DNA of 63,685 nucleotides, filler included, from Candidatus Nanoarchaeia archaeon (GTDB lineage: Archaea; Nanobdellota; Nanobdellia; Woesearchaeales; DATDTY01): NCBI GenBank assembly GCA_035290625.1. It is 4 parts of 4 records of this genome, joined end to end, with 100 filler letters (N's around TTAATTAATTAA, not from the genome) between each part and the next. Parts side by side here need not be neighbours in the genome. Positions count along the whole stretch, not along the records: positions 16,425 to 43,268 come from DATDTY010000027.1; 3 more parts are not named here. One strand, given 5' to 3'. Both the position numbers and the translations under genes were made by a program. The notes under the pieces were generated by a model that worked only from the letters and a program-made list of their open reading frames with translations, was not told where the DNA came from and made no database searches. Positions 18,963 to 28,133 of the stretch are shown piece after piece. Each line of letters starts with the position of its first letter. Position 1 is the stretch's first letter.

Positions 18963-19987
18963 TGCAGAAAGTCTCCGAGCCCTTTTTGCTTGGGTTCATG
19001 ATCCAGCCCGGCCAGTGAGCTAAGGACACGATCCTCAGAGAACTCATACGTGTGGATAAGCAGCTGCTGGAGTCTGCTGAGCTGGGGCTTCTTCCAGGTT
19101 AAAGAGTAATCTTTTGTAACAGGCATATGACGGATCAGATTAAAAACCTCTTTCCAGGAAGCGCCGAAAAATTCATTCCATTTGACGTGCCTGAAAAGGC
19201 CATCAAAATCTTTGCCGAACGTCTTAATGATTTTTAATCCAGTTTTTGGCCCAAGTCCTTTGATCCCTCCAACATTAAAATCAGTTCCAACAAGCATCCC
19301 AAGGCAAATCAGCTGGTCATGGTCCAAACCAAGGAGGTTCAGGGTTTCTGAAAGTTCAAGTATCTCCGGCTCAGAGGGGCTGCTTGCCAGCATTCCGGGC
19401 CTCTTCCTCCTTGCAGTTGCTGAGAGGTTCCTCACCAGCCGCGGAGTGCCATACAGCAGGCAATCAGTGTCCTGCGAGGCTACTGCAAAGGCATCCGTGT
19501 TCTTCACAAGAAAAGAGGCTTGCGCCTCTGCCTCAGATGGCGCCTGAACCAGAGGAATGCCAAGCAGCTCAAGGACTTCTTTGGATTGCTCAATCATCTG
19601 AGGCGTAAGCCTGGATGTCCTGCCGGCATACTTCCGCATCTCTGCTTCGTCCTTCCTCTTGTTTGCTTCGTCATATTTTTTTTGTGATTCTATCTTGATC
19701 TCTTTCCTCCTCTGCAATTCCACAAGCTTCAGCTGGGGCGGCTCGCCATCAAAGACATACGCCATCTTGATCCCCTTCTTCATCAGCAGGGTTGTCCTGG
19801 AAAACAGCCCTATCAGATGAGAAGTGACAACACCCTCTGAAGTTGTGAAGAGGCCGCCATCCCGCTGCCGGATGGAGCTTAAAAACTGATACAAAAACAG
19901 AGAGGTGTCTATCGCAATGATCTTCCCTTTCAGGTCTTGGAAGGAGATTGGCGTTGGATGTAAGAGCTCAGTAAGGTTAACCCCCAT
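18959..19987 (-). CDS. fen: Flap endonuclease 1
   Basis: MGVNL start, YQFLSSIRQRDG, APSEAEAQA, GTDFN, C-terminal PIP box QKGLGDF. Confidence 0.95.
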   Translation of the reverse strand: MGVNLTELLHPTPISFQDLKGKIIAIDTSLFLYQFLSSIRQRDGGLFTTSEGVVTSHLIGLFSRTTLLMKKGIKMAYVFDGEPPQLKLVELQRRKEIKIESQKKYDEANKRKDEAEMRKYAGRTSRLTPQMIEQSKEVLELLGIPLVQAPSEAEAQASFLVKNTDAFAVASQDTDCLLYGTPRLVRNLSATARRKRPGMLASSPSEPEILELSETLNLLGLDHDQLICLGMLVGTDFNVGGIKGLGPKTGLKIIKTFGKDFDGLFRHVKWNEFFGASWKEVFNLIRHMPVTKDYSLTWKKPQLSRLQQLLIHTYEFSEDRVLSSLAGLDHEPKQKGLGDFLQ

Positions 19988-20858
19988 GATCGATTCTCCG
20001 GAGCGTGAGCCCCTTATACGAATCCAGCCTTTCTTCAACATTCCTTGATAGCTGGCCAGTGGTAAGCACGAGAATTGGGAGCTTTGCAATCTGCCCTCGG
20101 ACATAGGCTGTTGAAATGTCTGCTTCAGTGATTTTCTTTTTATGGAAAGCCGCGCAATAATAGGCAAGCGGCCCTACGGAGCTTGGGATTGCAACATGAA
20201 AGATATATTGGCTGCCTTGCTTCCCTATGAAAGATTGAATTGAAATGTTGTTCTTGGCAAAATAAGTTTGGAACTGGCCGAGCGAGGCGTCTTGCTTCTT
20301 TTTCTTTGGCCCCTTGGAGGAGACCGGCCGGATCGGGGCTGTCGGTTGTGCTGGTTTTTCTTTTTCCTTTTCTTTTAGTGTCTCTGCAGGAAGATCAGAT
20401 TCTGCGTGCAAAAGGGATCTGATGACCCTGCCTGCTTCTTCATTGCTGAGAATGTACCACTTCCAAAAAAGCTCTGTGTTTCCAGCCATCGTAACCTTGA
20501 GAGGAACTGCAAAGTCCTTCATATTCTGCAGGCTGACCCGCAGGAGAGGGTCGAGCTTGGAATCTTGCAAAACTGCCTCCTGTTTCAGTAATGCGTAAGC
20601 GCGCTGCTCTTTTTCATGAAGGTTTGTGCTGTATTCTTGAAGCCCTGCTCGGTGCTCAGGGAGGTAATAGACTGGGCTTCCTCCTCCCACTTTGAGGGAG
20701 CTTATGCAGACTGCTCCTTGGCTCACAAGCGTGCTCAACAGGGCAGAAGCAAGGAGGATGGAGGTTTTCATTGCCCTTGCAACAGTTGCAGGGATTACAG
20801 GCCCATGCTCTTTCATGAATGTGAGAATTTCATCCTGCTGCATGCCTGTCACGAACAA
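19977..20858 (-). CDS. Hypothetical protein with N-terminal winged-helix-like region
   Basis: Long ORF overlapping the fen start; GPVIPATVAR...SSLKVGGGSPVYYL. Confidence 0.65.
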   Translation of the reverse strand: MFVTGMQQDEILTFMKEHGPVIPATVARAMKTSILLASALLSTLVSQGAVCISSLKVGGGSPVYYLPEHRAGLQEYSTNLHEKEQRAYALLKQEAVLQDSKLDPLLRVSLQNMKDFAVPLKVTMAGNTELFWKWYILSNEEAGRVIRSLLHAESDLPAETLKEKEKEKPAQPTAPIRPVSSKGPKKKKQDASLGQFQTYFAKNNISIQSFIGKQGSQYIFHVAIPSSVGPLAYYCAAFHKKKITEADISTAYVRGQIAKLPILVLTTGQLSRNVEERLDSYKGLTLRRIDHGG

Positions 20859-20887
20859 AAGAGGTTATAAAAAGGTTTCTTAACCTC

Positions 20888-21093
20888 GGTGGCATTGAAA
20901 AGTCATGCAGCGCCCTTTTGTGAGCCATTATAAAGGAGCAGCGGCGCAGCGACAAGGGAGTTGCTCCCTTCGGGGAATGTCGCTATCCTGCCTGACTTGA
21001 GCATGGCGAACTGCTCCGCAGGAGCGACCAAAAATGCGAAGCATTTTTGAGTACTGGCATTGCCGAACGAAGTGAGAAACTTTTCAGCGAGCC
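20888..21093 (+). mobile_element. Fold-back MITE-like element, copy E5
   Basis: Perfect 9-bp TSD CTTAACCTC at 20879-20887 and 21094-21102; TGAAAAGT/ACTTTTCA arms; AGCGACA/TGTCGCT core. Confidence 0.9.
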
Positions 21094-21109
21094 CTTAACC
21101 TCTGTCCTA

Positions 21110-21685
21110 TCACGGCCGTTTCCAGGAGATCTCATAATACGTACAGTCATTCTCCTCATCAACCAAAGCAATCAGCAGCCGTTTCTTTGTAGAGTGCGCT
21201 ACCCTGTTCTTCGCTGCAAAGTCATACCAGGTGTATTTCTCAGCCTCATACACGGGATACACAATCCATTTTGCATGATCCTCTCCCGGCTTTACCCCCC
21301 GGTCATAGACTCTGAAGTCTGCGCCGAACTTGAGCGCGGTCTTCACAACATAGCCTCGGTTCCTGATGTCCTTAAACACGCAATACCTCACCCAGAAGTT
21401 AGGCTCAGATCTCTGGGCTTTCTTCACAAACCCATCGAAGGCGATTTCCATCCCTCTCCCGTCAACAAGGCATACCTTCTTTTTCTCAAGCAGATACGCA
21501 GCTTCGAGGAGAGAGAGCTGGAGCCTTCCATCCTCCATGAGCGCCCCAATCTGAGAAGTGGAGTTGAGTTCTCTGCTGGCATCGCTGCTCTCGGCAACGA
21601 CTCTTCCGCCGATGAACTGGCCGGAGATCCTCTCCTTTACTTCCTTCTTTTCTTCGGGCTTGTCTTCGGTTTTTTTCTTTGCCAT
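21110..21685 (-). CDS. endA: tRNA-intron endonuclease
   Basis: LSLLEAAYL, KTALKFGADFRVYDRG, EDHAKW, RVAHSTKK (catalytic Y/H/K present). Confidence 0.92.
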   Translation of the reverse strand: MAKKKTEDKPEEKKEVKERISGQFIGGRVVAESSDASRELNSTSQIGALMEDGRLQLSLLEAAYLLEKKKVCLVDGRGMEIAFDGFVKKAQRSEPNFWVRYCVFKDIRNRGYVVKTALKFGADFRVYDRGVKPGEDHAKWIVYPVYEAEKYTWYDFAAKNRVAHSTKKRLLIALVDEENDCTYYEISWKRP

Positions 21686-21825
21686 AGGAGAATACCAGAG
21701 AAAGATGATGCCCATTTTAAAAAGCTTGGGTTTTTAGGGCAAGCCACTAAAGTTGACTTAGCCCCGATAATGTCTTCCGCGCATAAATCCAAAAGGAATA
21801 TATAAACAGGGAAGTTTGTGTGTGT

Positions 21826-22716
21826 ATGGACATCGTCTTTTTAGGAACCTCAAGCATGGTCCCCACAAAGGAGAGGAATCATTCTTCAGTCTTCCTCAAA
21901 TACCAGGGAGAGGGGATCCTCTTTGATTGCGGAGAGGGAACTCAGCGCCAGCTCAAGATAGCAGGGGTCTCTCCGACAGAGGTGACTAAATTGTTTATCA
22001 GCCATTGGCATGGAGACCATGTTCTTGGGATTCCCGGCCTTATCCAGACGCTTGCGGGCAGTAATTATACAAAAGAGCTGGAGATCTATGGCCCGGCAGG
22101 GACAAAGAGGAGGATGGAAGCTATGTTCGAGGTCTTTGTGTTTGATAAAAAAATTGCGATGAAGGCGCATGATGTTAAAGAAGGGGTGATTTTTAAGAAT
22201 GCGCAGTATGCAGTTGTTGCCGCTCGCCTTGAGCACGGGATTGCCTGCTTGGGGTACCTCTTCAAAGAGGAAGATCGCAGGAGGATGATTGTAAAAGAGC
22301 TGAAGAAGAGGGGCATCCCGCAAGGCCCGCTGTGGGGGAAACTCCAAAGGGGGGAGACAGTAATCTTCAACGGAGGGAAGATACCCCCCGACGAAGTTTC
22401 AAACATAGTCGAAGGAAAAACGGTGGCATATGTTGTGGACACCAAGCCCTGCAGGGCTGCAGTCGAACTGGCAAAAAATGCAGACCTCTTAATCTGCGAA
22501 GCCACCTACGCAGACGAACTTGAGGAGAAAGGCGGGGAGTACAGCCATATGACAGCGTCCCAGGCCTCTGATCTCGGCAGGAGGGCAGGAGTAAAGAGGC
22601 TGATACTTACTCATTTTAGCCAGAGGTATAAGACTACTGCACTTTTAAAAGAGGAGGCCCAAAAAACATTTCCTGGCGCAGAGTGCGCATACGATTTCAT
22701 GAAAGTGAGGGTGTGA
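21826..22716 (+). CDS. rnz: Ribonuclease Z
   Basis: FLGTSSMVPTKERN, DCGEGTQRQ, SHWHGDH, THFSQRY. Confidence 0.95.
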   Translation: MDIVFLGTSSMVPTKERNHSSVFLKYQGEGILFDCGEGTQRQLKIAGVSPTEVTKLFISHWHGDHVLGIPGLIQTLAGSNYTKELEIYGPAGTKRRMEAMFEVFVFDKKIAMKAHDVKEGVIFKNAQYAVVAARLEHGIACLGYLFKEEDRRRMIVKELKKRGIPQGPLWGKLQRGETVIFNGGKIPPDEVSNIVEGKTVAYVVDTKPCRAAVELAKNADLLICEATYADELEEKGGEYSHMTASQASDLGRRAGVKRLILTHFSQRYKTTALLKEEAQKTFPGAECAYDFMKVRV

Positions 22717-23099
22717 TGTCAAAAATCAAGGGCTCCAAAGCAGAAAGGGAGCTTGTGAGGCTGTTATGGGGTGCGAATTGGGCGGCAGTCCGCGTTGCAG
22801 GAAGCGGCAGCAGCCACTTCCCCTGCCCGGATATTGTTGCAAGGAACAGGCAGCGGACAGTAGGGATAGAATGCAAAGTGACAAAGGAGAATAAAAAGTA
22901 TTTCTATCCTGACGAGATTGATCAGCTGAAGGAGTTCTGCGGCCGTTTTGGAGCAGAGCCGTGGATTGCAGTGAAATTTAAAGGGGGGGAATGGAGGTTT
23001 GTGATGCTGGAAGACCTCAAGCAAACAGGATCCTCTTGGCTTATTGACGAATGGGTGGCAAGGAACAAGGGGCTGAGTTTCTCAGAGCTTACTGAGTGA
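22716..23099 (+). CDS. hjc: Holliday junction resolvase Hjc
   Basis: KGSKAERELV, RVAGSG, PDIVA, IECK. Confidence 0.9.
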   Translation: MSKIKGSKAERELVRLLWGANWAAVRVAGSGSSHFPCPDIVARNRQRTVGIECKVTKENKKYFYPDEIDQLKEFCGRFGAEPWIAVKFKGGEWRFVMLEDLKQTGSSWLIDEWVARNKGLSFSELTE

Positions 23100-23147
23100 A
23101 GCAAACCAAAAGGTATTTAAAGAGAGAACCCTAAAATAGCGAGGGGG

Positions 23148-23666
23148 GTGACAAGGTTGCAGAAGAGGGGATGGTTAGACGAGTTCATAGCTGAGATTGC
23201 CGGCGATGCTGGGGTGCCTATCACGAAGATATTGAAGGGGCGAGGGCGGGTTTCTGAGACAGAGTTGGCAAAGTCGCTCAAAAAAGATATCAATGAAACA
23301 AGAAATCTCCTCTACCAGCTTCACCATAATAACATTGTTGCCTTCAGCAAAAAGAAGGAAGGCAAGAAAGGGTGGTACAACTATTATTGGTCGTTCAATA
23401 AGAAACAGCTCCGCCCATTGTTTGTAGGAAGCCGCAGGCAGCAGCTGAGCGCTATCGGCAGGAGGCTGGAGCGAGAGAGGGGATCCTGTTTCTTCATGTG
23501 CCAGAACGGGTGCATGCGGTTTGAGTTCTCAAGCGCGATGGAGATGGTGTTCAAATGCCCGGAGTGCGGCGGCCTGCTTAACCAGTATGACAACTGCGAG
23601 CATATCCGAAGGCTGGAAGAGGACATGAAAAGGATTACTGCCCAGATTAAAGAGGTTGAGGCCTAA
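23148..23666 (+). CDS. tfe: Transcription factor E (TFE-alpha)
   Basis: wHTH (ETRNLLYQL, KKGWYNYYW) plus zinc ribbon C..FKCPECG. Confidence 0.9.
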   Translation: MTRLQKRGWLDEFIAEIAGDAGVPITKILKGRGRVSETELAKSLKKDINETRNLLYQLHHNNIVAFSKKKEGKKGWYNYYWSFNKKQLRPLFVGSRRQQLSAIGRRLERERGSCFFMCQNGCMRFEFSSAMEMVFKCPECGGLLNQYDNCEHIRRLEEDMKRITAQIKEVEA

Positions 23667-23667
23667 G

Positions 23668-23859
23668 TTACCTTCGTTTCAGCCTTTTTTTGATAGAGGA
23701 TTCTTCGCTAAGGATGTGGCTCGCCATCTTCTCAATATGCAGCTCCATCCTTGCTACTCGGCGTTCCATAAGAACGAGTATCCTCAAAGAGTACACAATT
23801 GCTGCCAAGGTCCCAATGACTATGGCAAGAGTAACTGTAAAGATTTGATCATTCACCAT
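23668..23859 (-). CDS. Small membrane-anchored hypothetical protein
   Basis: Single TM then basic helix; GGAGGTG ribosome-binding site upstream. Confidence 0.6.
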   Translation of the reverse strand: MVNDQIFTVTLAIVIGTLAAIVYSLRILVLMERRVARMELHIEKMASHILSEESSIKKRLKRR

Positions 23860-24002
23860 AAGGCACCTCCTTTTTAGGAATGCCCGAGAGTTGGAGGTAT
23901 TTAAATGTTTTGAAAGCTGGGCGTGTTGGTTCTGCCAGAGCCCGGAGCCCTGTACAGGGCGTGCTTACGCGTGATGCGCAAGTTTGCGCTGGCTGCTAAG
24001 GA

Positions 24003-24809
24003 TCAGCGTGCCTGGTTGCTCCATTCCTGGTCAAAGTAAGAAGAGAGTGTGGTTGCTAAGTAAGGAGACCGAAGCCAGATTGCGGTGTCATAGTTAGGAT
24101 GCGCGTCCTTGTCATCCATCAGCATCAAGACAACGTCTCTCTGGTCAATGATGCAGAATCTTCCCGTGGTTTTCAAAGACCGCACTTCAATGCCGTGCGA
24201 CCCTCCTAATTGAGGGAGCGGGGATTTTGTAATCGGAGCGGAGATCCTCACTTTCGCTCCTCGCTGGGAGGCTTTTTCGAGCATTCCCTTGAACTGGCCC
24301 AGTTTGTTGCCGAGGCCGCTGGAAGTGGTGCTTATGAGGATAGATTTCTTGGCTTGTTTGATGAGGCTGCCAAGATGGAGGTAGATGCTGTCCCTGCCGC
24401 GAAAAGAGCCAGAGAGATCCATGGGTTCTATCATCTCAATGCCCTTGGAATGGAGCAGGTTGAGCTCATCAAAGAGTTTGCTTACCTTTATCTGCGAGAT
24501 GATTGAAGAGGTTTCCTCTGCGTCCTGCATGACTTTCTTCTTGATCCTCTCGATGACCTCTGTCGGATGCACGGCGATGTATTTGATCGGCTTTCCCACC
24601 TTCATTATGATGAACCCTTTTTTTTCCAGGCTTTCGAGGACGTCATAGGTTCTGGACCGGGGAACATTAGAGATATCAGAAAGCTCTCCTGCTGTGGAGA
24701 CTCCCCGGGACAGCAACGCTGTCCACAGCCTTGCCTCATAGGTATTGAGGCCAAAATCCTTCAGTTTATTCAAAAAATCCTTTTGCATCAACATGGACTC
24801 ACTCCCCAT
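24003..24809 (-). CDS. TrmB-family transcriptional regulator / chromatin protein
   Basis: FGLNTYEARLWTALL...VPRSRTYDVLESLEKKG. Confidence 0.9.
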   Translation of the reverse strand: MGSESMLMQKDFLNKLKDFGLNTYEARLWTALLSRGVSTAGELSDISNVPRSRTYDVLESLEKKGFIIMKVGKPIKYIAVHPTEVIERIKKKVMQDAEETSSIISQIKVSKLFDELNLLHSKGIEMIEPMDLSGSFRGRDSIYLHLGSLIKQAKKSILISTTSSGLGNKLGQFKGMLEKASQRGAKVRISAPITKSPLPQLGGSHGIEVRSLKTTGRFCIIDQRDVVLMLMDDKDAHPNYDTAIWLRSPYLATTLSSYFDQEWSNQAR

Positions 24810-25491
24810 TAAGGTGATGGGCTTAGGAACTCTGCGAGGTTTATAAACCTTTCGTTATGTCATTATTTCGAAGTAATGAATTATAGCCCCAGACCCCCCG
24901 AGTGCAGATGGAGAGTAGGAAACGCTCAACATGCCCTTCAATCTGCATGCGTTTGCTTGCGCTATCTAAGTCCATCGTGGTTTGTTTGCGTGCGATTTGA
25001 GCAGAGTTGGAATTTAGTTTGATGCCTGTTTGACCCAGATTAGGTCATAGAAGTTTGGTTACGTTACTAAAACCCAGGACCAATCTACAATCTTGATTTA
25101 ATCGCTGAGTTACTACCATTAACCTTTGCTATTAGTACTATTTGTAAGGTTTTGGGTAGTATCTACTTCCAAGATAATTTAGAGTATATAGTTTCCATAT
25201 AGAAAATAATAATCAAGTTATAATCAAGTTATAACCCCCATAGAAAATAATAATCAAACCACAGCACCAAACCCAAGAACAACATCAAATTTTAACGAAC
25301 CACCACTAAAATGGTTAATCACACGAATACCTACGCCCTCCACTTCCCCCCATCCCATCACTCCTCCACACCTCCAGTTCCATGCGCAATAAAGGACGCA
25401 GGGCCATCTCAGGCATCCACAAAACAGAGACTTAAACCCCAGATTTTCCACCACAACAATCTTTATATACCTCTGTTTCCTCTGCAAAACC
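24810..25491. promoter_or_regulatory. Probable replication origin (oriC) upstream of cdc6
   Basis: ~680-bp ORF-poor intergenic region with an AT-rich core, repeats ATAGAAAATAATAATCAA x2 and TAATCAAGTTA, an abrupt G/T- to C/A-rich switch, and adjacency to cdc6-DP1-DP2. Confidence 0.55.
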
Positions 25492-26691
25492 ATGCAGAAA
25501 GGATTAACCAATTTCTTTGAGGAGTACCTCGCACGAGACACCATCTTCGCTGAAAAAAAAGCAATACAATCCTCCTACATCCCTTCAATAATCAGCCATA
25601 GGGACGAACAAATCAATCAAATCGCATCAATCATTGCTCCCTCCCTTAAATCAGAACGGGTTTCAAACCTCTTCATCTACGGCAAACCGGGAACAGGGAA
25701 GACACTCTCTGTCAAGCACACCACTTCCAAGCTTCTCGAACTTGCAAAATCAAAGGGGGTCCCTCTTTCAACAATCTACATCAACTGCAAACTCAAGAAA
25801 GTAGCAGACACCGAATACCGCCTCATAGCGCACCTCGCAAGGGAGTGCGGGAAGGACGTCCCAGACACCGGCCTTCCAACCTCTGAGGTCTATCGGATGT
25901 TCTTCTCCAGTATAGGCGCCTCAGAAAAAACCTACCTGCTCATCTTGGATGAGATAGACGTCCTTGCAAAAAAGGCAGGGGACGAGATCCTCTACAACCT
26001 CACCAGGATTAACGAAGAGCTCAAAAATGCCCAGATCTCCTTAATCGGAATCTCGAATGACCTCGTCTTTGTTGACAATCTTGACCCCCGCGTTAAAAGC
26101 TCGCTCAGCGAAGAGGAAGTCGTCTTCCCCCCCTACAACGCGCCCCAGATCCAGGGCATCCTCAAGGAGCGGGCGCAGCTGGCATTTAAACCGGGGGTGC
26201 TTGCCGAAGGAGTGATCGAGAAGTGTGCCGCCTACGCAGCCCGCGAGCACGGAGACGCCCGCCGCGCTTTAGAGGTGCTTCGGGTTGCAGGGGAGCTTGC
26301 AGAGCGCGGCAATTCCCCCACAGTGTCCATCTCCCACATCGACCAGGCAGAAGAAAAAATCGAAAAAGACAGGATCTCCCACATCATCTCCACCCAACCG
26401 AAGCAGTATCAGGCCATCCTCTACTCCGTATTGCAGACCGCAGAGAAAAAAGAGCACGTATTCACAGGTGAGGTCTACGAATTTTATCGGGCCCTGACCG
26501 CAAAGACAGGCCTGCGCCCCCTCACCCAGCGCAGGGTTTCAGACGTAATCGCCGAATTTGACATGTTCGGGATTATCAATGCAAAAGTGATCTCAAAGGG
26601 CCGTTATGGAAGGACCCGAGAGATATTCCTCTCCCCCCACCTCCAAACTGAAAACGTTACCCTCGTGCTGCAAAAGGCACTTGATCTTTAG
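25492..26691 (+). CDS. cdc6: Orc1/Cdc6 replication initiator
   Basis: YGKPGTGKT, ILDEID, LDPRVKSSL, HGDARRAL, SKGRYGRT. Confidence 0.97.
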   Translation: MQKGLTNFFEEYLARDTIFAEKKAIQSSYIPSIISHRDEQINQIASIIAPSLKSERVSNLFIYGKPGTGKTLSVKHTTSKLLELAKSKGVPLSTIYINCKLKKVADTEYRLIAHLARECGKDVPDTGLPTSEVYRMFFSSIGASEKTYLLILDEIDVLAKKAGDEILYNLTRINEELKNAQISLIGISNDLVFVDNLDPRVKSSLSEEEVVFPPYNAPQIQGILKERAQLAFKPGVLAEGVIEKCAAYAAREHGDARRALEVLRVAGELAERGNSPTVSISHIDQAEEKIEKDRISHIISTQPKQYQAILYSVLQTAEKKEHVFTGEVYEFYRALTAKTGLRPLTQRRVSDVIAEFDMFGIINAKVISKGRYGRTREIFLSPHLQTENVTLVLQKALDL

Positions 26692-26693
26692 TC

Positions 26694-28133
26694 ATGCACA
26701 CCAAAGACATTATCAAATCGTTCCTGGATCGGGGGGTCCTGTTGCCTCCCAACATTCTTTCAAAGCTTGAAGACCCCAAGTTCGTGCGCCAGCTGGAGGC
26801 CGCGATGCCTGGCGCGGCCAATCAAGCCCAAATGCTTGCATCACCCCCTCCAGAATCTCCCGAACCGTCGGTAGGGGTAGTTTTTTCCTACGAAGCCCTC
26901 CCAAAGAAACACGAGGTCCAGGATTTTGTGCAGCATTTCGGCAACCGGTACGCCCAGCTCAAATCAATCCTTATGCAGCGCGCAGAACTCCAGCACTTAA
27001 CCTCCATAAGCAAGATCCTTGGCCGCAAGGACAAGGAGTCTGTCGCGTTCATTGGCATGATCCGTGAGAAGGAAACCAACAAAAACGGGGGGGTTGTGCT
27101 GACCGTAGAAGACCCGACCGGAGAAATAAAGGTATTGGCCACAAAACACTCGCCCGAAGCCTTCCGCCAGGCCCAATCTGTTGTCCATGACCAGGCGATA
27201 GGGGTCCTCGGCTCGAATGGGCAAAACATTGTGTTTGCAAAATCCATCCTCCTTCCCGACGTCCCCCTCCTGAAAAATGCGAAGAGCTGCCCGGACGACG
27301 CGTATGCGCTTTTCCTTTCGGATCTCCACGTCGGATCCCGGCTCTTCCACGCAGACGAATTTCATAGGTTCCTGGAGTGGATCAATGCCCGCTCAGGCTC
27401 AGATGCCCAAAAGGAAGTTGCAAAAAAAGTGAGGTACATCTTCATCTCAGGCGACCTGGTGGATGGTGTCGGAATCTTCCCCGGGCAGGAGGACGAGCTC
27501 GAGATCCAGGACATCGCCGACCAATACGAAGAATGCTACCGCCTCCTCTCGCAAATCCCCTCGCGCATAAAGCTTATTATCTGCCCAGGAAACCACGACG
27601 CAATCCAGCTGGCGGAGCCGCAATCCGCGTTCTACAAAGACCTCGCGGCCCCCCTCTGGGACCTCCCCAACGCTCTCCTCCTCTCCAACCCCAGCATGGT
27701 CACAATCCACAAAACCGCCGCATTCCCTGGCTTTGATGTGCTGCTCTACCATGGGTACTCCTATGACTACTATGTCGCAAACGTGGAGAAGATCAGGAAT
27801 GCAGGAGGCTACAATAGATGTGATGAGATCATGAAATACCTCCTCCAAGCGCGGCACCTTGCTCCCTCGCACCGCTCCAACCTTTATACCCCCCGCCCCT
27901 ATTCAGACCCCCTTGTGATCTCAAGAGTCCCCGACATCTTTGTTTCTGGTCACATCCACAAGACGCAGGTAGGCATGTACCGCGGCGTCACGCTGATTTG
28001 CGCGTCGGCGTGGCAGGCAAAGACCCCCTACCAGGAGAAGATGGGGCACAGTCCTGAGCCGTGCCGCGCCCCTCTTATAAACCTCAAGACCCGAGAAGTG
28101 AAGATACTCAAATTTATCCAGGATGGAACATGA
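26694..28133 (+). CDS. polB: DNA polymerase D small (exonuclease) subunit DP1
   Basis: OB fold, SDLHVGS, GDLVDG, PGNHD, RHLAP, GHIH. Confidence 0.95.
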   Translation: MHTKDIIKSFLDRGVLLPPNILSKLEDPKFVRQLEAAMPGAANQAQMLASPPPESPEPSVGVVFSYEALPKKHEVQDFVQHFGNRYAQLKSILMQRAELQHLTSISKILGRKDKESVAFIGMIREKETNKNGGVVLTVEDPTGEIKVLATKHSPEAFRQAQSVVHDQAIGVLGSNGQNIVFAKSILLPDVPLLKNAKSCPDDAYALFLSDLHVGSRLFHADEFHRFLEWINARSGSDAQKEVAKKVRYIFISGDLVDGVGIFPGQEDELEIQDIADQYEECYRLLSQIPSRIKLIICPGNHDAIQLAEPQSAFYKDLAAPLWDLPNALLLSNPSMVTIHKTAAFPGFDVLLYHGYSYDYYVANVEKIRNAGGYNRCDEIMKYLLQARHLAPSHRSNLYTPRPYSDPLVISRVPDIFVSGHIHKTQVGMYRGVTLICASAWQAKTPYQEKMGHSPEPCRAPLINLKTREVKILKFIQDGT

